Assembly (NCBI GenBank): GCA_038087875.1
Contig: CM075989.1
Coordinates: 744,001 to 808,000 of the forward strand
DNA: 64,000 nt
Source: Malacoraja senta
Taxonomy: Eukaryota
Direction: 5' to 3'
A model generated the notes under the pieces. The model was not told the DNA's origin. It worked only from the letters and a program-made list of their open reading frames with translations, and made no database searches. Below, one piece after another: positions 14,464 to 26,189 of the stretch (position 1 is the first letter of the stretch; each line of letters begins with the position of its first letter). The position numbers were made by a program, and so were the translations under genes.

Positions 14464-15717
14464 GTTATTTGCCCTTGCGATTGAACCTTTAGCAGAAAGT
14501 ATAAGAGTACATCTGAATATTCATGGCTATAATACTAAATATTCTAACAATAAAATATCATTGTATGCAGATGATGTACTACTATATATCACCAATTCCC
14601 AAGTTAGCATTCCAAACATACTAAATCTTATAGAGGAATTCGGTTCCTTTTCAGGATGTAGAATAAACTGCAACAAAAGTGAAGTTATGTCAATAAAGCC
14701 TCAAGATCCGACACACCTTCTAAAATTTCCTTTTAGAATTGCTACGGAAAAATTTAAATATCATGGAGTTTACGTAACTAGAAAACATACTTCTCTATTT
14801 CAAACAAACTTTCCACCATTAATTACAAAACTAAATGCCCTTATTCAATTTTGGAAAACGCTTCCGATTTCCCTCATAGGTAGAATAAATGCCATAGAGA
14901 TGATCTTCCTTCCACAAATCCTGTACCTATTTCAATCAATACCGATTTATCTCCCTAAACATTAAAACAAAAACTCGATTCTGTGATCACAAACTTTATT
15001 TGGGATTTTAAAACACACAGAATCGACATCTATGTAAACCCAAAGAAACTGGCGGGTTGTCTCTCCCTAATTTATTTGTACTATTACTGGGCAACGAATA
15101 TTAAAAACTTAATCTATTGGATGGACAACACATGCCAACAGGTAAACTGGTTAATAATGGAGAGAGAAGATTGTTCGCCTTTTAATATAGGCGCGATTCT
15201 TCTCTCTCCAATAAATCTGAAGAAAACAGTATATGAGAAAAAGCCGATTATCCATAGTACCTTACGAATCTGGACACAAGTGGTCAACCCTTAAACTGAG
15301 AAATTTATCTCTTCTCTCACCAATCGTCAATAATCCCTCATTTAAGCCATCTATTTTAGACAAGGCATTCACATACTGGGAAAGATTAGGAATGAAAAAA
15401 CTGGGAGATCTTTATTAGATGGGAACTCATAGTTGAAAAGTTGAAAGGTAGCCAATAATTTAGATATCTTCAAATACAAGTCTATTTGAAATCATATCCC
15501 CAAGACTGTCAATATATGGTTCCAGACATACTAGACGATTGCATGAATAGAAACTCGGATTCAAATAAGTTAATATCGTACCTTTATAATACCCTTTTAA
15601 ATATACAAACCCCTTCATCGGAAGTAATTAGACGAGCTTCGTAAGATGAACTCGGCCTAACAATTTTAAAAGATATATGGGAGGAAAGTCTTCTATGTAT
15701 ACACAACTGTTCTCTTA

Positions 15718-18700
15718 ACATAGAAACATACAAAAATAGAAACATAGAAAATAGTGCAGGAGTAGGCCATTCGGCCCTTCGAACCTGCATGGTTGATCAT
15801 GCAACTCAGTATCCTGTACCTGCTTTCTCTCCATACCCCCTGATCCCTTTAGCCACAAGGGCCACATCTAACTCCCTCTTAAATATAGCCAATGAACTGG
15901 TCTCAACTACATTCTGTGTCAGAGCATTCCAGAGATTCACCACTCTCTGTGTAAAAAATGATTTTCTCATCTCAGTCCTAAAATATTTCCCCTTTATCCT
16001 TAAACTGTGACCCCTTGTTCTGGACTTCCCCAACATCGGGAACAATCTTCCTGCATCTAGCCTGCCCAACCCCTTAAGAATTTTGTAAGTTTCTATAAGA
16101 TCCCCCCTCAATCTTCTAAATTCTAGCGTGTACAAGCCGAGTCTATCCAGTCTTTCTTCATATGAAAGTCCTGCCATCCCAGGAATCAGTCTGGTGAACC
16201 TTCCGATGAACCTTCTCTGTACTCCCAGAGAAGGTTCATCAGAAGGTTCACCAGACTGATTCTGGTGAACCTTCTGGTGAACATTCTCTGTACTCCCTCT
16301 ATAGCAAGAATGTCCTTCCTCAGATTAGGAGATCAAAACTGTACGCAATACTCCAGGTGTGGTCTCACCAAGTCCCTGAACAACTGCAGTAGAACATCCC
16401 TGCTCCTATACTCAAATCCTTTTGCTATGAATGCTAACATACCATTCGCTTTCGCGACTGCCTGCTGCACCTACATGCCTACTTTCAATGACTGGTGTAC
16501 CATGACACCCAGGTCTCGTTGCATCTCCCCTTTTCCTAATCGGACACCTTTCAGGTAATAGTCTACTTTCTTGTTTTTGCTACCAAACTGGATAACCTCA
16601 CATTTATCCACATTATACTGCATCTGCCATGCATTTTCCCACTCATCCAGCCTATCCAAGTCATCTTGCAGTCTCCTAGCATCCTCCTCACAGCAAACAC
16701 TGCCCCCCAGCTTCGTGTCATCCGCAAACTTGGAGATGTTGCATTCAATTCCCTCGTCCAAATCATTAATATATATTGTAAATAGCTGGGGTCCCAGCAC
16801 TGAGCCTTGCGGTACCCCACTAGTCACTGCCTGCCATTCTGAAAAGGACCCGTTTACACCTACTCTTTGCTTCCTGTCTGCCAGCCAGTTCTCTATCCAC
16901 ATCAATACTGAACACCCAATACCGTGTGCTTTAAGTTTGTATACTAATCTCTTATGTGGGACCTTATCGAAAGCCTACTGAAAGTCCGGATATAACACAT
17001 TCACTGGTTCTCCCTTATCCACTCTACTAGTTACATCCTCGAAAAATTCTATAAGATTCGTCAGACATGATTTACCTTTCATAAATCCATGCTGACTTAG
17101 TCCAATGATTGCACCACTTGCCAAATGTGCTGCTATCCTATCTTTAATAACTGACTCTAGCAGTTTCCCCACTACCGATGTTAGACTAACTGGTCTGTAA
17201 TTCCCCGTTTTCTCACTCCCTCCGTTTTTAAAAAGTGGGGTTCCATTAGCTACACTCCAATCCACAGGAACTACTCCAGAATCTAAAGAGTTTTGAAAAA
17301 TTATCACTAATGCATCCACTATTTCCGGGGCTACTTCCTTAAGTACTCTGGGATGCAGCCTATCTGGCCCTGGGGATTTATCGGCCTTTAATCCATTCAA
17401 TTTAACTAACACCTCTTCCCGGCTAACCTGGATTTCACTCAGTTCCTCCATCTCATTTCACCCCCGGTCCCCTGCTATTTCCGGCAGATTAATTATGTCT
17501 TCCTTAGTGAAGACAGAACCAAAGTAGTTATTCAATTGGTCTGCCATGTCCTTGTCGCAATGATCAATTCACCTGTTTCTGACTGCAAAGGACCTACATT
17601 TGTTTTAACAAATCTTTTTCTCTTCACATATCTATAAAAACCTTTGCAGTCAGTTTTTTATGTTCCCAGCCAGTTTTCTTTCATAATCTGGTTTCCCTTT
17701 CCTAATTAAGCCCTTTGTCCTCCTCTGCTGGACTCTGAATTTCTCCCAGTCCTCTGGTAGGCTGCTTTTTCTAGCTAATTTGTATGCTTCATCTTTTGTT
17801 TTGATACTATCCCTGATTTCCCTTGTTATTCATGGATGCACTACCTTCCCTGATTTATTCTTTTGCCAAACTGGGATGAACAATTGTTGTAGTTCATCCA
17901 TGCAGCCTTTAAATGCCTTCCATTGCATATCCACCATCAACCGTTTAAGAATCAATTGCCAGTCTATCTTGGCCAATTCACGTCTCATACCCTCAAAGGT
18001 ACGTTTCTTTAAGTTCAGAACCCTTGTTTCTGAATTAATTATGTCACTCTCCATCCTAATGAAGAACTCAACCATATTATGGTCACTCTGGCCCAAGGGG
18101 CCACGCACAACAAGACTGCTAACTAACCCTTCCTCATTACTCAATACCCAGTCTAGAATAGGCTGCTCTCTCGTTTGTTCCTCTACATGTTGGTTTAGAA
18201 ACTATCCCGCATACATTCCAAGAAATCCTCTTCCTCAGCACCCCTGCCAATTTGATTCACCCAATCTATATGTAGATTGAAGTCACCCATTATAACTGTT
18301 TTACCTTTGTTGCACGCATTTCTAATTTCCTGTTTGATGCCATCCCCAACTCCACTACTACTGTTAGGTGGCCTGTACACAACTCCCACTAGCGTTTTCT
18401 GCCCCTTAGTGTTTCGCAGCTCTACCCATATTGATTCCACATCCTCCAAGCCAATGTCCTTCCTTTCTATTGTGTTAATCTCCTCTCTAACCAGCAACGC
18501 TACCCCACCTTTTCCTTTCTCTCTATCCCATCCTGAATATTGAATATCCCTGGATGTTCAGCTCCCAGCCTTGGTCACCCTGGAACCATGTCTCCGTGAT
18601 TCCAACTATATCATAGTCATTAATAGCTATCTGCACGTTCAACTCATGCACCTTATTACGAATGCTCCTTGCATTGAGACACAAAGCCTTCAGGCTTGTC

Positions 18701-18997
18701 TTTACAACACTCTTACCCCTTATACAATTATGTTGAAAAATGGACCTTTTTGATTTTTGCCCTGGATTTGTCTGCCTGTCACTTTTACTTTTCACCTTGC
18801 TTCTACCCTCATTTTACACCCCTCTGTCTCTCTGCTCACACATTTAAGAAACTTACCACCTCTTATTCTGTTTATTATCTTTTTCTTCTTTCCCCCCTAC
18901 ATGTTGGGTCTGAGTGCTTCCCTTCTCTGCCTCCTGCCTCACACACTGTCTACTAGCTTTCTCTATTTGAGTCCCTCTCCCCAACCATTCTAGTTTA
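15718..18997 (-). mobile_element. CR1 LINE covering essentially all of ORF2 (APE + RT), decayed
   Basis: NARSI, GITETW, YRPP, GDFN, SDH endonuclease motifs; FADD RT; (CTATGTTT)n tail; splits L1 at CTCTTAA|AGTTAGGCA. Confidence 0.95.
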
Positions 18998-20814
18998 AAG
19001 TTAGGCATTCGCTAATACAATTTAAAATACTGCACAGACTTTATTATTCAAAGTCTAAACTGAATAAGATCTTCCCAAATGTTTCTCCCATTTGTGATAA
19101 ATGTCCCCTTCAGGAAGCAACTATTTCCCATTCTTTTGCCTCTTGTACAAAGTTACATAATTTCTGGAGGGTAATTTTTGAATTTTTTTCTAAAATACTT
19201 AAAATAAAATTGGACCCCGACACAGATTTGATTACTCTAGGTACGTCAGAAGCCTGTTCTGAGCTAACATTATTTCAAAGACGTTTCCTTAACTATGGCC
19301 TGATAACAGCGAAAAAACTAATACTTAAATTTTGGAAACTCACATCAGTCCCTACTGTTAAGATGTGGATTACAAACATGTCCGAGACACTACATTTGGA
19401 AAATATTAGGCTTGTCTTGGCAGAAAAACCAGATAAATTTTTCAAGACATGGACACCCTTCACCGAATTCTAACAAGGATAGTATGACGCAACACAACTT
19501 TGGATTTAAATCCAACTATGGGTTGGGTGAGATGGGTGGGGGGGGGAGGGGGGAGGGGGGGCGAGAGGCAGGTATATCTCCACTTTTTCCCTTTTTTTCC
19601 TTACTTTTTTTTTCCTTCTCCTCTCTTACATCTTTGTTCACTCTTTGTCCACACTGCTTTAGTAGTCTAGGGGTTCTATCTTTTCACCTTTCACCTTTTC
19701 TCTTTCTTGTTCTTTCTCTTTTCTTTTCCCTTATTTTCAAATTATAAGGTTAAAATTGAAGCTGTACAATAATTGTATAATTTTATATGCCGAATGTTTT
19801 ATTCTTGTACAATTGCTTTCAATAAAAAATAAAAAATAAAAAAAAGACATGGTCTGCAATGGAACTTCGCTGAAGTGGCAACAAGGGGGTCGACCTGGGC
19901 TCAGAGACACTGGCAGGTAAAGTCTCTTTACTAACCTCCATAAAACTCCAAAATGGAGTAGTCTGTCGCCCGGGTTTGGATTTACTGGCAGCAGGGTCTA
20001 TCTAGTATCTTTCAGTGTCTCTGGAGAAGAGCAGGTTGATGCAGAGACATTGGCAGGTGCCTTGCCTAGCAACCTCTGTAAGTTCCAAGTATGAACAGTT
20101 TGGCTACCCTGGTTCAGGGTAGACCAACTTGGAACTGGCTGGCCATATGGAACACTGCCTCAACATCTGTGATTGAGGTTATCAGACTGCTCAGTAGAGT
20201 GAGGTCATTTGAGGTTTCCCTCAACACATGCTTAATTCTTTCAGCTCAGCTAGTAGAGTTGCCAGTTCATTGGAAACATCATTGTCATCTTCTCTGGTAT
20301 AGGTAGCTACCAGCAGATACCCGGTCTGGCATGTTTTTATCTGACCTGCAGGTTCATGTTGTGAATTAAAAAAATATATATATATATATATATATATAAT
20401 AATCTGTAGGCTCTCAATACCAGAATTCCTGATTGAGTGGCTGGTCGAAGAGAGTGCGTTGCGCACACTGGCGACTGAGACAGGTGGTTTCAGTCAGAGG
20501 ATTGCGGAGCAATTCTTGGTCCAGGGTTGCATTATGCTATTTTCCACTCTGAGGAAGGTTGCTGAGGATTTGTCGTGACTGACAGTGAGGAGTTGACAGG
20601 GAACTCGTATTCCCACGTCAAGTGGATGTTGAGCTTCAGCTCCAGTCATAAGGATCTGATTATATGTTATGAATGGAAAAAAAACAAATAAATAAATAAA
20701 TAAATGGATCCTCCACGGCAAGAGAAGCCAGAATTTCCGCCCGTATGGTCAATAGAGGAAACAATGGTTATCAAAGTGGAAACAGAGACATCTCACAAAG
20801 GATGAGAAGTCTGC

Positions 20815-22205
20815 CCAAGATCAAGAGGGGTATATTTCTTTTATTTTCTCAAGGTTGAAGAAAAGTGGATCATGCCAAATCAGGATAGGATTTGGCTAGT
20901 CTGATATTGTGTTTGGTTGACCAGTTCAAGATGGATAATTGTCTTTCAGCAATTTAGCTGATTCAGAGGATTTAGGGCCTCAATCGATCTTGAAGATGCA
21001 TACTTTTCCATATCTATACACAAGAGGCACAGATATATCTGGTGTTTTTGATGACAAAGCCAGTGATGGAAAGTTTAGGCTCTACCTAGGGGTTGTCTTC
21101 AGGCCTAGGCTATTTACAAAGATTCTAAAGCTACTGCTGCCCTACTCAGATCAAAAGGGCATTGTGTCATGAAGTTTATAGACGACATGCTTTTGTAGCT
21201 GATAAGACTAAGGGGTTTTATCAATAGATGCCTTTTACGATATTAAAGATGAGGCAACATGAATTTTAATAGTGCCAATTTTGGCCTACTCATTCAGGGT
21301 GTCCATTGTAAAAGGTGGCAGAAAGAAGCTCCTATTTACTCGAAGTCACGAGTGATGGCTAGTTCAGCCTATTTCTCGTGCAGCTAGCTCTGCACGGTTG
21401 TATGGGAAGTTTGTGAAGAAGATACGTGAGCTACTTTTAAACAGAGGTAGCAAAGGTTTTGTGTTTCTTTCAGTTTGGGCTTAGAGAAGCGATTATGTTA
21501 TAGCACAATTGACACTGGTTGTGCTGCTTTGTCATTCTCTCTAGTACCATAAGTGGGACAATAAATGATTGGTTATTCACCCACTGAAGACTAACGTTAT
21601 GTAAGGTGTCTTTTATATGAACACTCTAAAGCCTAGACTCATAGTGGTGTGCAATGTGTATCAGTAAAAATTATTATGCAGATATTCATCTACTGTATTC
21701 CTAATGAGAGCAGTATCTTTTAAGTTAATTATGCTTTTAGCAACTGATTTCAGCACAAAAAACACATACTTTACTCAATCTCCAGCTTGGTCTCTGGGTC
21801 ATAACTGACATGATTGTAGCTTGTTATGGAAATTATCTCATAAAGCAAAATGGGCACGGTTGGGTACAATTTGGAGTTGACAGCATACACACCAGATCGG
21901 AGATTGAGGTGTTATTATGTATACAGGTACACTGAGCTTGAAGGTGTATGAAGATGTATGAAACCATGAGATGAAGGATAGTTTCTTCATTGTTATTTAA
22001 TAGTTTTCTCAAGAGATTGCTGGTGCAGACTATCTCAACATGAATAGAGTGTAAGCAGCTAACAGTGGGTGTGAATTCAAATAATTTCAAGTCTCACTCT
22101 TCCAAGGGGGCTGGCTCATTAGCAGCCAATAGTATGGATATTCCCATTTGATCATCTTCTTGCAACAGCAGGAGGCTAACAAAGAGCACTTTCAGAAGTT
22201 ATAAA
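20815..22205 (+). pseudogene. DIRS RT and tyrosine-recombinase remnants
   Basis: SIDLEDAYFS (~20981), PRLFTKILK, IDDML; YR-like FKSHSSKGA (~22086) and IPFDHLLATAG; many indels. Confidence 0.75.
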
Positions 22206-22770
22206 ATTTGGTTGAATATGTCTGGATGATTGTAGATAGTATTCTGAACAGTGTTGCATGAGTTATTGTCTGACACAAAGCCAATTGGGACTGTGGTCCG
22301 ATTAAGGGCAATGGACATGTATGTAAGTTAGCATCATGTTGTTAATAGCCCATGTGTTTTCTACCATTTATGGTTTATCTGTTTAAGTGTTTCACACACA
22401 GATTGGTTTACTGCATGAAACCACAGAACTTCAAAGGCTTCACGTAGTCACTCACGTGACTTGGATATACAATAGAAAGATTAAGTGAGAACTTACCGTT
22501 TGAAGTTTGATCTTTATTTTATGAGAAGTTGAAGTGAGGGACTACGTGCCCTCCAATCCAAACCCTGGAATCTCATAAAGATTCGGTAAGTCAAGGGTTA
22601 TTAATCTTTCTATAGTTTAAGTTCGTGCAAGCGGTCTGTGGTTTCATACAGTTGCACTGAAGATTGACGAGCATGCGGGCAGGTGGGCTCTTCAGGTAGT
22701 CCCTCACTTCAACTTCTCATAAAATAAAGATCAAACTTCAAACGGTAAGTTCTCGTTTAATCTTTCTATT

Positions 22771-23671
22771 AAACTGCACTTAAATTTGGTGGCTTTGCAC
22801 CCTGCTTGAAGTGGCATGAAACTGCACTTGAATTTGTTGGCCTTGCACCCTGCTTGAAGTGGCCTGAAACTGGACTTGAGTTTGGTGGTCTTGCACCCTG
22901 CGTGAAGTGGCATGAAACTGCACTTGAGTTTGGTGGACTTGCACCTTCTTGAAGTGGCATGAAACTGCACTCTTCAAGTGGCCTAGCACCCTGATTGAAG
23001 TGTAATGAAACTGCACTTGAGTTTGTTGGCCTTGCACCCTGCTTGAACTGGCATGACACTGTACTTGAATTGGGTGGCCTTGCACCCTGGATGAAGTGGC
23101 ATAACAATGCACTTGATTTGGGTGGCCTTGCACCCTGCTTCAAGTGGCATGAAACTACACTTGAATTAGGGGGCCTTGCACCCGGCATGAAGTGCCATGA
23201 AACTGCACTTGAGTTTGGTGGCCTTGCACCCTGCTTGAAGTGGCATAAAGCTGCATTTGAGTTTGGTGGCCTTGCACCCTGTTTGAAGTGGCATGAAACG
23301 GCACTTGAGTTTTGTGGACTTGCACCCTGCCTGAAGTGGCATGAAACTGCACTTGAGTTTGTGGCCTTGCATCCTCCTTGAAGTGATAGGAAACTGCACT
23401 TGAGTTTGATGGCCCTGCACCCTGCTTGAATTAGCATGAAACTGTACTTGAATTTGTTGGCCCTGTACCCTGCTTGAAGTGGTAGGAAACTGCACTTGAA
23501 TTTGATGGCCCTGCAACCTGCTTGAAGTGACAGGAAACTGCATTTGAATTTGGTGGCCCTGCGCCCTGCTTGAAATGGCAGGAAACTGCACTTGGATTTG
23601 GTGGCCTTGCACCCTTCTGGAAGTGGCAAGAAACTGCACTTGAATTTGGTGGCCTTGCACCATGCTTGAAG
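22771..23671. repeat. 48-bp minisatellite, right arm (~19 units)
   Basis: Same unit as 5360-5846; resumes in register (GTGGC|ATT...ATT|AAACTGCAC). Confidence 0.97.
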
Positions 23672-24108
23672 TAGATACTCCAGTAGATACGGTTAGGCGG
23701 GGTACACGTGAACCTCTGTGTCAGCTGGAAGGACTGTTAGGTTCCCTGGATGGAGCTGAGAGAGGAGGTATAAGGAGAGGTGTTACATTTCCTGCGGTTG
23801 CAGGAGAAAGTACCTTGGGATGTGGTTTGGGTAGGAAGGGGGGAGTGAAGCAAGGTGTTACAGAGGGAGTGGTCTCCGCGGAAGATGGAGAGGGGTCAGG
23901 GCTCGAAATTAGAGGTTGCCCGGGTGCCACTGACCACTCAAAGCGCCGCCGGGCAACCTAAACACCGAGTCATTTTGCCCGGCTTGGCAACCAGATACTG
24001 GTTTGTACCGAAGATAGACACAAAAAAATGTAGTAACTCCGGGGGTCAGGCAGCATCTCTGGAGAAAAGTAACGCGATGCTTTGCGTCGGCGGTGACGGC
24101 TGTATTGC

Positions 24109-24511
24109 GGGGAAAAGATACTAGGTGCGGGGTGAGGAAGGGTCGGAGCGAAAGACGGGCTTCGCACAGCGGCAGCAGCGGCTCCATCTGCTCCTCCTCC
24201 CTCCTCCCTCCTCCCGCCCCCCGCCCCCCGCCCACCCTGATAAGAGCCTCTGCTTGCAAACCCGCTAACAGCGATAACCGCTTTTGGAAACAAACCCTCC
24301 CGCACGCCGAGGCCGGGAGGAGGGAGGGAGGGAGGGGGAGGCCTCGGCGGTTATCGCTGTTAGCGGGTTTGCAAGCAGAGGCTCTTATCAGGGCGGGCGG
24401 GGGACGGGGGGCGGGAGGAGGGAGGAGGAGCAGATGGAGCGCTGCTGCCGCTGTGCGAAGCCCGTCTTTCGCTCCGACCCTTCCTCACCCCGCACCTAGT
24501 ATCTTTTCCCC
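24109..24511. repeat. GC-rich long inverted repeat (~170-bp arms, ~65-bp spacer)
   Basis: 24109-24281 is a near-exact reverse complement of 24347-24511. Confidence 0.95.
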
Positions 24512-24673
24512 TTCACCTTCCCCCCTTCCCCTCATTCATCCTGTAGTGATCTCCCATTCATCTTGCACAGACCCTCCGATCCACACTGTACTGACCCCCC
24601 CCATTGATCCTGTGCTGATCTCCCCCCCCATCCATCCTGTACTGATCCTCCCATGCAAGAAGAATGGGGGAAC

Positions 24674-24707
24674 AGTCTGAAGAAGGGTCTCGACCCGAAA
24701 CGTTGCC
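24674..24707 (+). ncRNA. Minimal hammerhead-ribozyme-like motif in a Penelope pseudo-LTR
   Basis: CTGAAGA, stem GGGTC/GACCC, GAAAC, GTT; stem I weak. Confidence 0.55.
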
Positions 24708-25884
24708 TATTTCCTTCGCTCCATAAATGCTGCCTCACCCGCTGAGTTTCTCCAGCACTTTTGTCTACCCCCATCCATCCCGTACTGAACCCCCCCCCCA
24801 TTCAACACCACTGACATCCCCGGTGCTCTCCCCTCACAATTTTACTACTCCAACCAACACGTACTAATTCACCTGCCTCAATCCATCCATTCTGCACCGA
24901 CTGCCTTCTAACGCCCCCCCCCCCCCCACCCCACCATCTATCCACCCCGCACTGATTCACACCCCCCCCCTCCCTGACCCTATTGTGCTGGAAATGTCTT
25001 CAGAGCGAACTTTGACTATGTTTTGATAACGGAATGCAATCAAATTCCCAATGTTATTATTTGTTTTAATACATAAAGATGGATTAATTAAATTGTGAAC
25101 ACGTGAAACATTAAAAACCGCAGTGTTCGATTGTCACTGGTGCCGTTGACACGTTATTACAGAAATCATTTTAACGGCAAATCAATGCTCTTAATATGGA
25201 GTATCAGTACTGTAGTTATTTAATGAGCAACATTCACAACTATACGTACGCATATATGTTACCATGGTCCAGGATTTATTGACACAGGTTGATCATACGC
25301 TGAATAATCCAACCACATTGTTGTTTGGAAGTGGAAAGAACTAATAGAAATTGCATTAATTGCAACGTGTAAAAAGAGTTGAAATACTGTCTTATAATTT
25401 TGCTGCATGTCATTGTGGATATATCATGTCTTGATTGGTGAATATGTTTAGTTTGTGACTTTATTTCAAGCAGAAATAATATGTGAATGCTTCATTGAGT
25501 ATAATTCCGACTGGTAACTACGCACGTCGTCCGAGCACATTATTGCATGCGTCATGCAAGCCATCTTAAATGACCGCCTAAACTGTCATTTGGCAACCTA
25601 AAAAGATGCCAAGGTTGCCCGGCTGGCAACAGGGAAAAAAAGGTAAGCGAGGGCCCTGGGGGTGTCGATGTGAAGATGTGACTGGGGATGGGATCACATC
25701 GGAGTGACAGAGGATTATGTGTTGGATGCAGAGGCTGCTGGAGTGCAAGATGAGGACCTGGAGAACTCAGTTCGTGTGCCAGCACGAGAAACCACATTTA
25801 CTAAAGAACAAGGACATTTAGGATATAAAACATTTTTAATGAAAGAACAAGAACAAGTCAAATGTTCCAGAGGACGTCCAGAGA

Positions 25885-26165
25885 ACAAGATCAGAGAGGA
25901 AACATTTCATCGGAAACTGAGGGGCAATTTTTTTCATACAGAGGGTGGTGGGTATATGGAATGAGCTGCCAGAGGAGGTAGTTGAGGCTGGTAAATAACA
26001 TTTAAAAGACATTTAGACAAGTACTTGATTAGGAAATGTTTAGAGGGATATGGGACAAATGTGAGTAGATGGGACTAATGTAGATGGGCCGTCTTGTTCG
26101 GCATGGGCAAGTTGGACAGAAGGGCCAGTTTAGATGCTCTATGACTCGATGAATCTATGACTATG
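25885..26165 (+). mobile_element. CR1 3' fragment
   Basis: RGNFF / GAGCTGCCAGAGGAGGTAGTTGAGG; (CTATGACT)n tail. Confidence 0.8.
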
Positions 26166-26189
26166 TACTGACAAAATGTAACAAAAATG

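Larger units (their letters stand above)
7876..19844 (+). mobile_element. Full-length decayed L1 (5' UTR, ORF1, ~1-kb inter-ORF, ORF2, 3' UTR, polyA), 18-bp TSD
   Basis: AGACATGGTCTGCAATGG at 7858-7875 and 19845-19862; starts GGACTTCCGG; EN motifs LQETH, NIYAPN, RVDY; RT YADD; A-rich tail 19821-19844. Confidence 0.95.
5847..22770 (+). mobile_element. DIRS1-like tyrosine-recombinase retrotransposon with both ends, coding region decayed, interrupted by L1
   Basis: Left ITR 5847-5909 matches reverse complement of 22663-22701; ICR 22438-22547 complementary to both termini; ATT at both junctions; RT and YR remnants. Confidence 0.9.
23897..25658. mobile_element. Non-autonomous TIR DNA element (hAT-like ends) with 5-bp TSD
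   Basis: CAGGGC...GCCCTG termini; GGGGT at 23892-23896 and 25659-25663; GGTTGCC/GGCAAC motifs clustered at both ends. Confidence 0.7.
23672..25800 (-). mobile_element. Penelope-like element fragment (linker before GIY-YIG), split by a DNA element at 23897-25658
   Basis: Minus-strand translation FRGDHSLCNTLLHS...GTFSCNRRKCNT...QSFQLTQRFTC; continues after 25663. Confidence 0.75.

Noticed and set aside
16265..18543. Plus-strand ORFs over the CR1
   Set aside because: Antisense shadows of CR1 ORF2, recurring in each CR1 copy.
1..19844. Reverse transcriptases as retron, DGR or defence systems
   Set aside because: All are decayed eukaryotic L1 or CR1 ORF2 sequences with tails and TSDs.
5360..23671. 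48-bp arrays as a CRISPR array or a 16-aa repeat protein gene
   Set aside because: Units are head to tail with no unique spacers and no cas genes. Long ORFs on both strands follow from a period divisible by 3, and the array is split by a transposon.
23909..24680. Mirror-image ORFs on both strands, or a CpG-island promoter
   Set aside because: Explained by the GC-rich palindrome inside a transposon; no linked exon seen.
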